Under the pieces are notes generated by a model. The model was not told the DNA's origin, made no database searches, and saw only the letters and a program-made list of their open reading frames with translations. 37,354 nt of DNA from the NCBI GenBank assembly GCA_038320275.1, contig JBBQEB010000016.1:1-37354 (forward strand), in the 5' to 3' direction. A program made the position numbers and the translations under genes. This DNA comes from Myxococcales bacterium (GTDB taxonomy: Bacteria > Myxococcota > Myxococcia > Myxococcales > Anaeromyxobacteraceae). Positions 1 through 17,210 of the stretch are shown here, one piece after another. Position 1 is the stretch's first letter. Every line of letters begins with the position of its first letter.

Positions 1-4145
<4,145 letters not shown>

Positions 4146-4231
4146 GGCTGGGGTCTCGGTAGCCGGGCGGGGCCCCGCGGAGCGGGGAGGGGCGAGGGCG
4201 CTGCCCTCGAACGAAAGGTACAAAGGGAACC

Positions 4232-8389
<4,158 letters not shown>

Positions 8390-8446
8390 TAGACGGCCCT
8401 CCCATCGAACGGCCTCCGCCTCGGCGGGCGGCTCCGCGCTGAACGG

Positions 8447-8488
8447 GACGGGGGCGGCACCTTCTGGGTGCAGCCCCCGTCTTCTTCT
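8447..8488 (+). terminator. Probable intrinsic terminator of rpoBC
   Basis: Stem GACGGGGGC-g-GCACC / GGTGC-a-GCCCCCGTC followed by TTCTTCT, about 60 nt after the rpoC stop. Confidence 0.7.
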
Positions 8489-8668
8489 CGCGCCCGACGG
8501 CGATTTCGGCGCAGGGTGCTCGGATCACTCGCCTGAAACAAGGACGGACGGTGAAGATCCTGATGCACGGGTGGCCCGCGATGCGCACCATGGGTCGTCT
8601 GAGCCCTTATGACCTGACCTCGTTGCCCACGGATCGCCCGAGACGCCTTGTCGTTGGACGGTTCATGG

Positions 8669-8697
8669 TTGACTTCATGAGTCCATGATCCTAACCT
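8669..8697 (+). promoter_or_regulatory. Sigma70-type promoter of the sigma factor gene
   Basis: TTGACT (8669-8674), 17-nt spacer, TAACCT (8692-8697), in a locally AT-richer patch. Confidence 0.65.
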
Positions 8698-8754
8698 GAC
8701 GTTACGTAACCCATCCAGGTGTGGAATTGCCTGAGCCGCAAGCAAAGGTGAGAG

Positions 8755-9486
8755 ATGAGGACTGCTACCACCCAGCGCAGCAGCCGTGAGTTCGAGGAAC
8801 TGGCGCCCTACTTGAAGGCGGTTCGGGATTTCCCGCCTCTCACGCGCGAGGACGAGCATGCGCTCGCCCTGCGCGCCCGCAAGGGAGTCGTCGCCGCCAA
8901 GCAGAAACTGGTCCGCCACAACCTTGCGTTCGTGGTCGCCATCGCCCGCAAGCAGCGCCGCGGCACGGTTCGACTCGACGATCTCATCCAGGAGGGCAAC
9001 GTCGGCCTCATGCGCGCGGTCGAGAAGTTCGACCCGCACGCCGGCACGCGCTTCTCCACCTACGCCGTCTGGTGGATCAGGGCGTACGTCGGCAAGTACC
9101 TCAAGGAGGCGCGCTCCACCGTTCGCCCCCAGAGCGGGACGGTTGCCCAGCCTGATCTGTCCCTCGACAGCTCCATCGACGAGGAAGGGGACGTCACGCA
9201 CCTCGAGCGCATCGAGGACGACGGGCCGGGCCCGGAGGACAGCTATCTCTCGGCCGAGGGTGACCGCGAGGTCCGCGACGCGCTCGGCAAGGTGCGCAAG
9301 CGCATCGGTGAGCTGGGCTGGGATATCGTCCACAATCGTCTGCAGCAGGATTCGCCCAAGACGCTGGAGGAGATCGGCAAGCGCTGGGGGGTTTCCCGAG
9401 AGCGCGTGCGCCAGGTGGAGCTCAAGACGAAGCAGTTCCTCAACCGGTACCTGGAGCCGGTGGGTCGGGAGGCCGAGGCGGCCTGA
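8755..9486 (+). CDS. Sigma-70 family RNA polymerase sigma factor (RpoH/RpoD-like, lacking most of domain 3)
   Basis: Region 1.2 (YLKAVRDFPPLTREDE), region 2 (DLIQEGNVGLMRAVEKFD, RFSTYAVWWIRA), DLSLD, and region 4 HTH (TLEEIGKRWGVSRERVRQVE). SD AAGGTGAG. Confidence 0.93.
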   Translation: MRTATTQRSSREFEELAPYLKAVRDFPPLTREDEHALALRARKGVVAAKQKLVRHNLAFVVAIARKQRRGTVRLDDLIQEGNVGLMRAVEKFDPHAGTRFSTYAVWWIRAYVGKYLKEARSTVRPQSGTVAQPDLSLDSSIDEEGDVTHLERIEDDGPGPEDSYLSAEGDREVRDALGKVRKRIGELGWDIVHNRLQQDSPKTLEEIGKRWGVSRERVRQVELKTKQFLNRYLEPVGREAEAA

Positions 9487-9507
9487 CCGCCAGGTCGACT
9501 GCTGGAA

Positions 9508-9538
9508 GTGAAGGCCCGCCCGTACGGCGGGCCTTCGC
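9508..9538 (+). terminator. Hairpin downstream of the sigma factor gene (probable terminator)
   Basis: Perfect 11-bp stem GAAGGCCCGCC-cgtac-GGCGGGCCTTC (9510-9536). No U-tract. Confidence 0.55.
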
Positions 9539-9624
9539 ATGTCGTGGGTCCTCCGCGCGGACGCAAGGCTCCACGTTGGCCCGGCCATCGACACGCGAGG
9601 CCCGCCGCCCGTGCGGGTCCTGCC

Positions 9625-9640
9625 GGGCATCTCGGGTGCA
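9625..9640 (+). promoter_or_regulatory. Candidate sigma54 (-24/-12) promoter for the export-ATPase trio
   Basis: GGGCAT-ctcgg-GTGCA gives GG(9626-27)-N10-GC(9638-39), 13 nt before the GTG at 9653. Confidence 0.4.
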
Positions 9641-9652
9641 ACGACGGACCGC

Positions 9653-10261
9653 GTGACCCTCTCCCACGCAGCAGCATCCGTCGTTGGTGCCGGGCGACGC
9701 CGCATCCCCGGTGAGCTCTGGCGCGCCGAGGAGGAAGCCGGCCGCATCCTCTCCGAGGCGCGCGGCCGCGCCGAGGCCCTCGTCGAAGAGGCGCGCGCGG
9801 CCGCCGCGGCCATCCGTTCACGCGCGGCGGCCGAAGGGGATTCGGAGGCGAGGGCGCTGGCGGTTGGGCTCTTCGCCCGGGCGGCCCTGACCCGCGACCG
9901 GCTGCTGGCCCGCGCTGCGCCCGACGTGCTCGAGCTCGCCTGGGAGCTCACCCGGCGCGTGCTGGGGCGGGTGGCCGAGTCCGATCGCCGGGTCGTGGTC
10001 GAATGCGCGGAGAGGGCGCTCGAGCTCGTTCCACCCGCCGAGCAGGTCACCCTCGTGGTGCACCCGCTCGATGTCCCCGCTCTCGATGATGCTGCGGGCG
10101 GCGCCCTCGTCTCCGGGCGTGCCGATCGCCGGCTCGTGCTCAGGACGGACCCCGGCATGGAGCGGGGTGGGGTGCTGGCGGAGAGCGCCCTCGGCAAAGT
10201 GGATGCACGCCTCTCGGTGCAGCTCGGGGCGCTGTGCCGCGCCTTGACGGAGTCGCCGTGA
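9653..10261 (+). CDS. FliH/SctL family type III export ATPase stator protein
   Basis: Ala/Glu-rich helical N-half (RILSEARGRAEALVEEARAAA), then C-terminal VTLVVHPLD...DPGMERGGVLAESALGKVDARLSVQL typical of FliH/YscL. Start is uncertain: ORF is open from 9539, GTG 9653 preferred. Confidence 0.8.
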   Translation: MTLSHAAASVVGAGRRRIPGELWRAEEEAGRILSEARGRAEALVEEARAAAAAIRSRAAAEGDSEARALAVGLFARAALTRDRLLARAAPDVLELAWELTRRVLGRVAESDRRVVVECAERALELVPPAEQVTLVVHPLDVPALDDAAGGALVSGRADRRLVLRTDPGMERGGVLAESALGKVDARLSVQLGALCRALTESP

Positions 10262-11580
10262 CGGCCATGACGCCGACCGAGCTCGCCCGCAGGCTGACGT
10301 CGCTCCCGGACCGGCCGCCGCTCTGTGCGATGGGCCGTGTCACGGCGCTCACCGGGCTCGTCGTGCGCGCGGCGCTGGCGGGCGTCCGGCAGGGTGAGCT
10401 GGTCGAGATCTGTGGCGGGAGGGGACCCGCGCTGCCCGCCGAGGTCGTCGGGCTCCGGGACGGGGAGGCGCTCCTCCTTCCGCTCGGCGACACGCGTGGG
10501 CTCGCCCTGGGCGACGAGGTCGTGCCCACAGGGAAGCCGCTGACGGTCGGGGTGGGCCCCCAGCTCCTGGGCAGGATCCTCGACGGGCTCGGCAATCCGC
10601 TCGACGGCCGTGTCCTGCCGCCGGGGCTCGCCCGCTGGGCCGTGGACCGCCGCGGGCCAGCCCCGCTGGCCCGGCAGCGCATCACCCGCCCACTGGCACT
10701 CGGGCTTCGCGCCCTCGACGGCCTCCTCACGACGGGCGAAGGGCAGCGCGTCGGGCTGTTCGCAGGCGCCGGGGTGGGCAAGTCGATGCTGCTGGGACAG
10801 ATCGCGCGCCGGACCTCCGCCGACGTGGTGGTGGTGGGGCTCGTCGGAGAGCGCGGACGGGAGGTGCGCGATTTCGTGGAGGAATCGCTCGGCCCGTCCG
10901 GCCTGGAGCGCGCCGTGGTGGTCGCGGCGACGAGCGACGCGCCTGCGCTGGTGCGGGTGAGGGCAGCCCAGGTGGCCACCACCATCGCGGAGTGGTTCGC
11001 CGAGGTGGAGGGGAGGAGGGTGCTGCTCCTCCTGGACAGCCTCACCCGCTTCGCCCGTGCGCAGCGCGAGGTCGGCCTCGCCGCGGGCGAGCCGCCCGCG
11101 CGCCAGGGCTATCCGCCCTCCGTCTTCGCCGAGCTGCCGCGCCTGGTGGAGCGCGCAGGCAATCGGGAGCGGGGCGGGATCACCGCGGTGTACACGGTGC
11201 TCGTGGCGGGCGGGGATCTGGAGGAGCCGATCGCCGACGAGGTGCGCGGGCTCCTCGACGGGCACGTGGTCCTCGATCGCCAGCTCGCAGCGCGGGGGCA
11301 CTTCCCGGCGGTCGATACGCTGCAGAGCGTCTCGCGCCTGATGCCCGCGGTGGCGTCGGCGGAGCACCTTGCCCTCGCCCGGCGGCTTCGCGGTGTGCTC
11401 TCCACCTGGGAGCGGCAGCGCGACCTCCTCGCGCTCGGCGCCTACGTGCCCGGGAGCGACCCCGAGACCGACGAGGCGATGCGGCGCATGCCCGCGGTGG
11501 ACGCGTTCCTGCGCCAGGAGTCTGGCGACGCCACCACCCTGCCTGACGCCGTCGCCAGTCTCGCCGAGGTGTTCGCGTGA
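10258..11580 (+). CDS. FliI/YscN (SctN) family type III export ATPase
   Basis: Walker A AGAGVGKS, GERGREV, Walker B LLLLDSLTR, GEPPARQGYPPSVF, DGHVVL, SVSRLM. GTGA overlap with the upstream gene and GGAG SD. Alternative start is ATG 10267. Confidence 0.95.
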   Translation: MTAMTPTELARRLTSLPDRPPLCAMGRVTALTGLVVRAALAGVRQGELVEICGGRGPALPAEVVGLRDGEALLLPLGDTRGLALGDEVVPTGKPLTVGVGPQLLGRILDGLGNPLDGRVLPPGLARWAVDRRGPAPLARQRITRPLALGLRALDGLLTTGEGQRVGLFAGAGVGKSMLLGQIARRTSADVVVVGLVGERGREVRDFVEESLGPSGLERAVVVAATSDAPALVRVRAAQVATTIAEWFAEVEGRRVLLLLDSLTRFARAQREVGLAAGEPPARQGYPPSVFAELPRLVERAGNRERGGITAVYTVLVAGGDLEEPIADEVRGLLDGHVVLDRQLAARGHFPAVDTLQSVSRLMPAVASAEHLALARRLRGVLSTWERQRDLLALGAYVPGSDPETDEAMRRMPAVDAFLRQESGDATTLPDAVASLAEVFA

Positions 11581-12008
11581 GCGCGCTCCCGGCCTTGCTG
11601 CGCGCGGGAGAGGCTGCCGAGGCCCGCGCGGCTGCCGCCGCGGCGACGCGTGCCCGGGCCCTCGCGTCGGCCTCGTGCGACGCGCTCACCGGAGCGCGCC
11701 TTCTCGCTGCCGCGCTCTCCAACGCGAGGAGCTTCGCGGGGAGCGCCGGCGAGCGCTCCGCCGCGAGCGCTGGGCTCGCGGTCCTCTCGAGGAAGGACGG
11801 CTCGGCGCGCGCCTCGGCGAAGCAGGCGGCCGTCGCGCTCGAGTTCGCGCGAAGCCTGCACCTCGCCTCGCGGCGCCGCCGCGAGGCAGTCGAAGAGCTC
11901 GTGCGCGCCAGGGCGGGCGCGGCCGCTCGCGCTCGGGAGCGCCGTCGCGAGGCGGAGCTCGATGACGCGCCGCGGAGCTGCCCTGAGGGACCTTGGTCTT
12001 GGGGTTAA
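11577..12008 (+). CDS. Ala/Arg-rich helical protein in the FliJ/SctO position
   Basis: GTGA overlap with the ATPase stop, 143 aa, helical/coiled-coil-like with an ERRREAELDD C-terminus. Identity is inferred from position and size only. Confidence 0.5.
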   Translation: MSALPALLRAGEAAEARAAAAAATRARALASASCDALTGARLLAAALSNARSFAGSAGERSAASAGLAVLSRKDGSARASAKQAAVALEFARSLHLASRRRREAVEELVRARAGAAARARERRREAELDDAPRSCPEGPWSWG

Positions 12009-12379
12009 TCCGGCCGCCGCTCGATGAGGCTGCGAACCCGCCCGACGAGCTCGGCGTTGTCGAACGGCTTGCGGACGAACTCGTCCGCCCCGGCGGCGAG
12101 CGCGCGTTTGCGCAGCTCCGCGCCGGGGCGGGCGGAGAGGACCAGCACCGGGGCGGTGAGCCCCCCGGCGCGCAGCATCCGGCAGAGCTCGAGCCCGTCG
12201 ATGCCGGGCATGGCGACGTCGATGAGCACGGCCGCCAGCAGGTGTGCGGAGGCCAGCGCCAGGGCCTCTTCCGCGCCGCCTGCCCGCATCGGCGCGAATC
12301 CTTCCAGCTCGAGCAGGACGGACAGGAACTGGCAGATCTCGGGATCGTCGTCCACGAGCAGCAGCGTGGGGGTCGTCAT
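12005..12379 (-). CDS. Stand-alone (CheY-like) response regulator receiver
   Basis: LLLVDDD, phospho-acceptor LIDVAMP, VLSA, KPF. Strong SD GGAGGAG. Confidence 0.92.
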   Translation of the reverse strand: MTTPTLLLVDDDPEICQFLSVLLELEGFAPMRAGGAEEALALASAHLLAAVLIDVAMPGIDGLELCRMLRAGGLTAPVLVLSARPGAELRKRALAAGADEFVRKPFDNAELVGRVRSLIERRPD

Positions 12380-12401
12380 CGCGCTCCTCCCCTCGGCCGG
12401 C

Positions 12402-12872
12402 TCACCGGAGATCGAAGCGGCGAGAGCCCTGCGCGCACGTGATGAGGAGCGTGCGGGGCGTGAAGTCGGGCGGCGGCGCAGCGTCGCCCTGTCTGAACTG
12501 GGTGACGGACAGCACCACCCGGTCGTCCGGGCGCATCGTGCTGCGCCGCGCGGTCCAGCGTCCGTCGAGCGTGAGCGCGACGTCCTCCCAGATGTGCCCG
12601 GAGTCGTTCCGGACGAGGATCTGCATCCCGAGGAGCGGCTCCGCCCGGAGCTGGACGTCGGCCCCGAGCCGCTCCCGGCCAGCGCTCGACGGGCAGGCGA
12701 TCCACAGCGTGAGGAGCGAGGTCACCGTCCAGGCCGTCACCACCGACGCCCTGAGCTTCAAGAAGCGGTCGGCTCGCGGCCGCGAGCCCAGCGTGGATGA
12801 GGCGCGCTGGAAGGCTGTCGCCGCGGCGCGGCTGGCCTTTCGAACGCCGGACGGGAGCGAGGGGCCTTGCAT
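12402..12872 (-). CDS. Hypothetical membrane-anchored protein
   Basis: One hydrophobic helix (VVTAWTVTSLLTLWIAC) followed by a beta-rich domain. Start is ATG 12872 or 12875, just after a TAGGCT -10 box. Confidence 0.65.
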   Translation of the reverse strand: MQGPSLPSGVRKASRAAATAFQRASSTLGSRPRADRFLKLRASVVTAWTVTSLLTLWIACPSSAGRERLGADVQLRAEPLLGMQILVRNDSGHIWEDVALTLDGRWTARRSTMRPDDRVVLSVTQFRQGDAAPPPDFTPRTLLITCAQGSRRFDLR

Positions 12873-12944
12873 CATCGCGAGCCTAGCCCCCGTCGCGCGC
12901 CAGGTACAAGCTGCCGCCACGTGGTGCGATCCCGGTTGGGGACG

Positions 12945-13763
12945 CTACGCGTCGCCCGAACCCTCGACGCCGCGCGCCGCCACGTCGTCGCCCACGCCTC
13001 CCAGGCCGCCGAGGCCGCGGTGAAGCTCGATGATGCGCCGCCGCACCTCGCGGAGGAGCGCCGTCCTGTCGGCGAAGCTGGCAGGGTCCACGGGCGCGCC
13101 AAAGGCAACCCGGATCTTGCCTGGGTGAACCTCCATCCGCCGCTTGGGCGTGACCGCCGCCGCTCCCACGATCGCCACCGGCACCACCGGGACGCCCGCC
13201 TCGATGGCGAGGACGAAGGGGCCCTTCTTGAAGGGCTGGACGCGCCCGTCCGCGGTGCGGGTGCCCTCGGGGAACACGACGAGCGAGATCCCGCCGCGGA
13301 CGAGCTGGGCGGCCCTGCGGAGCGCGCGGACCGCCTTCGCCTGGTTCCCGCGGTCCACCGGGACGAAGCGCGCCAGGGTGAGATACCAGCCGAAGAGCGG
13401 GATCCGGAAAAGCTCCTGCTTGGCCACGTAGCGCACGTTCCGGGGAATGAACCGAAACAGGAGCCAGATGTCGAGCGTGCTCTCGTGATTCGAGGCGTAG
13501 AGGGCGGGGCCGGGCGGGAGGAGCTCGTGACCCGTCACCTCGACGTCGACCCCGCATAGCCAGAGCGCCGAGGGGGACCAGACCTTCTGCGCGAGCCAGA
13601 TGGAGAAGTCGCCCGAGAGGGTGACCGCCATCACCGGTAGCTGGAGGAAGAAGAAGAAGACGATGGTGACCACGGCGTACAGCGCCACTCCCAGCGCCCT
13701 CAACGTCGGGACGACCGTGGGGCTGCGCCTCGAGGGGCGCGACTTCGGCTCCGGCGCCCGCAC
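12945..13763 (-). CDS. plsC: 1-acyl-sn-glycerol-3-phosphate acyltransferase
   Basis: Catalytic NHESTLD (NHxSxxD), AKQELF, FPEGTR and FKKG motifs, plus an N-terminal TM helix. Start is uncertain (GTG 13763, ATG 13775 or TTG 13703). Confidence 0.9.
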   Translation of the reverse strand: MRAPEPKSRPSRRSPTVVPTLRALGVALYAVVTIVFFFFLQLPVMAVTLSGDFSIWLAQKVWSPSALWLCGVDVEVTGHELLPPGPALYASNHESTLDIWLLFRFIPRNVRYVAKQELFRIPLFGWYLTLARFVPVDRGNQAKAVRALRRAAQLVRGGISLVVFPEGTRTADGRVQPFKKGPFVLAIEAGVPVVPVAIVGAAAVTPKRRMEVHPGKIRVAFGAPVDPASFADRTALLREVRRRIIELHRGLGGLGGVGDDVAARGVEGSGDA

Positions 13764-13839
13764 TCCGCCACTCATAGCATGCGCGCGCGGACTTTCCGGC
13801 CCCTCGCCCATCTTGCAGGCGCTATCCTGACCTCTGCCC

Positions 13840-14712
13840 ATGCCCCACCGTCCCCCCATCCTGCGGCCGCGCGTCGCCTCCGACGCCGCGGCCCTCCACA
13901 CGCTCACCAGCGCGCTCGAGAAGGAACCTCGCATCGCGCTCGACACCGAATCCAACAGCTTTCACGTCTACCGCGAACGGGTGTGCCTCATCCAGATCTC
14001 GACGCCGTCGGAGGACTGGGTGGTGGACCCGCTGGCGGTCGATCCGCGACCGCTGGGCCCGGTGCTGCGCGCGGCCGAGACCGTGATCCTGCACGGGGCC
14101 GATTACGACGTCCGCTGCCTCAAGCGCGAGTACGGATTCCTGTTGCCGCGCCTCTTCGACACGATGGCCGCGGCGCGGCGTCTCGGCCGCGAGGCGCTCG
14201 GCCTGGCGGGGCTCGTCGAGCGGCAGTTCGGGGTGGCGCTGGCGAAGGACTTCCAGCGCTCCGACTGGGGACGACGGCCGCTCACGCCGGAACAGGTGAG
14301 CTACGCCGCGCTCGACACGCACTACCTGCTCGCCATCCACGACGAGCTCGCCGCGGAACTGGCGCAGCGCGACCTCCGATCCGCCGCGGACGAGGAATTC
14401 GCCCGCATCGCCGCGGTGGAGCCGCGCGCCAAGGTCTTCGACCCGGAGGGCTGGCGGAAGCTGCGCGGCGCTCGCGAGCTCGACGAGGACGGGCGCGCAG
14501 CCCTCCGCAAGCTGTGGAACGCGCGCGAGGAGCGGTCGAGCGCCCTCGACCGGCCGCCCTTCAAGGTGATGCCCGAGCCGGCGATGATGGAGGTCGCCCG
14601 GTCGAGACCCACCTCGGAGGAGGAGCTGCTCCGCGTGCGCGGCATCACGCCGGTCGTGCTCCGGAGGATGGGGACGGCACTGCTGGAGGCGCTCCGGCCC
14701 GCGTCCTCCTGA
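13840..14712 (+). CDS. rnd: Ribonuclease D-like 3'-5' exonuclease with HRDC domain
   Basis: DEDDy motifs IALDTE, HGADYD and YAALDT, SDWGRRPL, and a C-terminal HRDC (DRPPFKVMP...LLRVRGI). Confidence 0.9.
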   Translation: MPHRPPILRPRVASDAAALHTLTSALEKEPRIALDTESNSFHVYRERVCLIQISTPSEDWVVDPLAVDPRPLGPVLRAAETVILHGADYDVRCLKREYGFLLPRLFDTMAAARRLGREALGLAGLVERQFGVALAKDFQRSDWGRRPLTPEQVSYAALDTHYLLAIHDELAAELAQRDLRSAADEEFARIAAVEPRAKVFDPEGWRKLRGARELDEDGRAALRKLWNAREERSSALDRPPFKVMPEPAMMEVARSRPTSEEELLRVRGITPVVLRRMGTALLEALRPASS

Positions 14713-14746
14713 CCGGCTTCGCCGCGGTGCCGCTCGCCGGCCCGCC

Positions 14747-16983
14747 TCAGAACCCTACGCCCTCGCGCGGGGCCGGGATGCGGCGCTCCGGATCGATGGA
14801 GAGCTTGCCGCCCTCCCACAGCCAGCGGTAGACGGCCGCGTCGGCGGAGACGTTCTTCACGTAGCGCCGCGTCTCGCGATAGGGCACCGACTCCGCCCAT
14901 TCGTCGAGCGGCTGGCCCGCGCGGGCGCGCGCCCAGCTCGCCGCGGCGGTGGGCCCGGCATTGTATGCGGCGAGGACGACAGCCGGATCTCGAAAGCGCT
15001 CGTCGAGGAGCGCCAGGTAGGCTGCGCCGAGCGGCACGCTGACCGCCGGCTTCTCGAGCGCGCGCACCTCCCCCTCGGCCACTCCGTGCACCTGCGCCAC
15101 GCGCTCGGAGGTCGGAGGGATGAGCTGGACCAGCCCCACCGCCCCCGCCCCGCTGCGCGCGTCGGGCCGGAAGGCCGACTCGCGGCGCATCACCGCGAGG
15201 TAGAGGAGCGGATCCACGCGCGCCTGCGCCGAGGCGCGCGTCACGAGATCGGCGAAGGCGCGCGGGAAGAGCCAGCGCAGCGCCCTCCGATCGGCGGGCA
15301 GCCCGTCGCGGGCCACGCGGAAGGGCAGCTCGGCGTCGCCGGCCGCCTCTGCGAGCTGGGCGATGAGCGCTGCGCGTGGCCTCGCCTCGCGGCTGTTCGC
15401 GAGGGCCCGCAACTCGTGCAGTGCCTCGTGCACGAGCCCCGCCCCGAGGAGCCGCGCCGCGCGGGCGAGAGCCTCGCCCGTCCCTCCACCACCCGGGCCG
15501 TCCGGCAGGGCAGCGGGGGGCACCGCGGGAGAGATGGGCACTGCGCCGCCCAGCCCCTCGAGGCGGCTCGCGGCGAGCAGAGCGTACCAGCTTCCGACCG
15601 GCGCCGTGCGGATCACGTGTCCGTAAAGCTCGCGCTGCCGCTCCTTCGTCCCGGCGAGGCGCGCTTGCCAGTACCCCGCCGCCGGCTCGAGCCCACCCCG
15701 CGCCACGCGGCCGAAGGCTCCGCGCGCCTCCTCGCGCCGGCCCAGCCGGTACAGCGTCCAGGCCTCGAACCAGCGTGCGTCGTCCGCGCGCGCCGACCTC
15801 GGATGCGCCTTCGCGAAGAGGCGGAACTCGACGAGCGCACGCTTCAAGTCGCCCGCGTCGAAGGCGAGCCAAGCGACGAGGTAGGCAGCGTCCTCCGGAA
15901 GTCCGCGCTCCTGCGCCGGGGAGAGGCCCGGAACGTCACGTGGGGCGGGGGCGCGGGAGAGCGCTGCATACCTGCGGACGGCCTCGTCGCGCCGGCCGGA
16001 TCGCGCGGCCACCCTGGCGAGAATCACCTCCGCGCCGGTTCGCGTACCCCCCCCCGCACCGCGTTTGCCGAGGACCTCGCGTGCCAGCCTCTCCGCCTCC
16101 TCCCTCCGCCCGATCTGAAGCAGCGCGAAGGCGCGCAGGAGGAGGGCGCGCGAGGCGGGCTCCGGCGAGAGCCGGGCCACCTCGAGCCGCTCGAGGCTCT
16201 TCAGGGCGCGCCGCGGCAAGGACAGCTCGAGGAGCCGGTCGACTCGGGCGAGCCGCTCGTCGGGGGTTGGCTCCGGTACCGGCCCTCCGGCTGCCCGCCA
16301 CGCGGAGAGCGCACGGCCTGCGGCCCGCGCCGCTGGATCGGCCGGCCGTTCTCGCCAGAGCGCCTGATAGAGCGCTAGCGCCCCTGCAGGGTCGCCGCGC
16401 GTCCGGAGGGCGGCCGCCAGCGAGACGCGTGCCCCGGGAGCGGCAGATGAGCCCCGTTCCTCCCGCAGGAGCCGCTCCCAAGCGCGGATCGCCTCCTCCG
16501 CCCGGCCGGCCTCCAGCAGCGCGTCGGGCTCCCGCCAGCGCGCCCGGGAGGCCAGAGGGGCCGGCCCGGTGCGTGCGACCTCGGCGTACAGGGCGGCCGC
16601 CGCAGCGGGATCCCGCGAATAGAAGAAGCATTGCGCGAGGATGAAGCGGGCTGAGCTGGCGAGGGCGCGATCGGGCAGTCCGCTCAGCGAGCGGCGCAGC
16701 GGCTCGACGGCCTCTGCGAAGCGCTGAGCGTCACGCAGTGCCGCGCCCAGCGCGAGCTCGGCACGGGCGGCCGCCTCGCCCGACGGGCGGGCGACCAGTG
16801 CCGCTCGCGCCCCGAGCTCCGCGCCCGCCGGATCGCCATCGGCGAGCGCCTGCGCCGAGGCGCCGATGGCATCGAGCCAATCGGCGAGCGGGGCGCCCGG
16901 GGACGCACGCGCGCCGACCGCGATTGCGGCGAGAAGGAGGGTTGCGAGGACCTTGAGAGCGGGGAGGGCTGCCGACCCAGCAC
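14747..16983 (-). CDS. TPR-containing soluble lytic transglycosylase (Slt family); N-terminus uncertain, possible frameshift near 16950
   Basis: SLT motifs MRRESAF (catalytic Glu), GLVQL, AAYNAG and ETRRYV. Many TPR-like helices and a signal-like VLATLLLAAIAVGARA. No in-frame start codon close to the signal peptide. Confidence 0.85.
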
Positions 16984-17054
16984 GTCCAGCGGCCTCTGTC
17001 CCAAGGTCCGAGGATAGCGGCGGCCGATCGATCGAAACCCACTGGGGCAGGGGG

Positions 17055-17084
17055 TTGACTCTCCTTAACGCAAAGCGCCATATA
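17055..17084 (+). promoter_or_regulatory. Candidate sigma70 promoter for the small Cys-rich gene
   Basis: TTGACT (17055-17060), 18-nt spacer, CATATA (17079-17084), in an AT-richer patch. Confidence 0.45.
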
Positions 17085-17210
17085 CCGCGCACACTGGATT
17101 TTTGTAGAGGGGGGCAGGCAATCGCCCCGCCGTACAGCAGCGGGACGCCTGGGGAAAAGCCCGGGCCACCGCGCGCGCGCTGCGGGCCTTGTCGGCTCGA
17201 GAGGAGCACC

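Noticed and set aside
8390..8754. Absence of rpsL-rpsG-fusA after rpoC as a sign of an inserted island
   Set aside because: No integrase, att repeats or compositional shift. Separation of rpoBC from the str operon is common in bacteria.
17030..17110. c-di-GMP-I riboswitch suggested by ACGCAAAGC
   Set aside because: The upstream GCAAA and GAAA-tetraloop stem are missing, and the motif lies within a promoter spacer.
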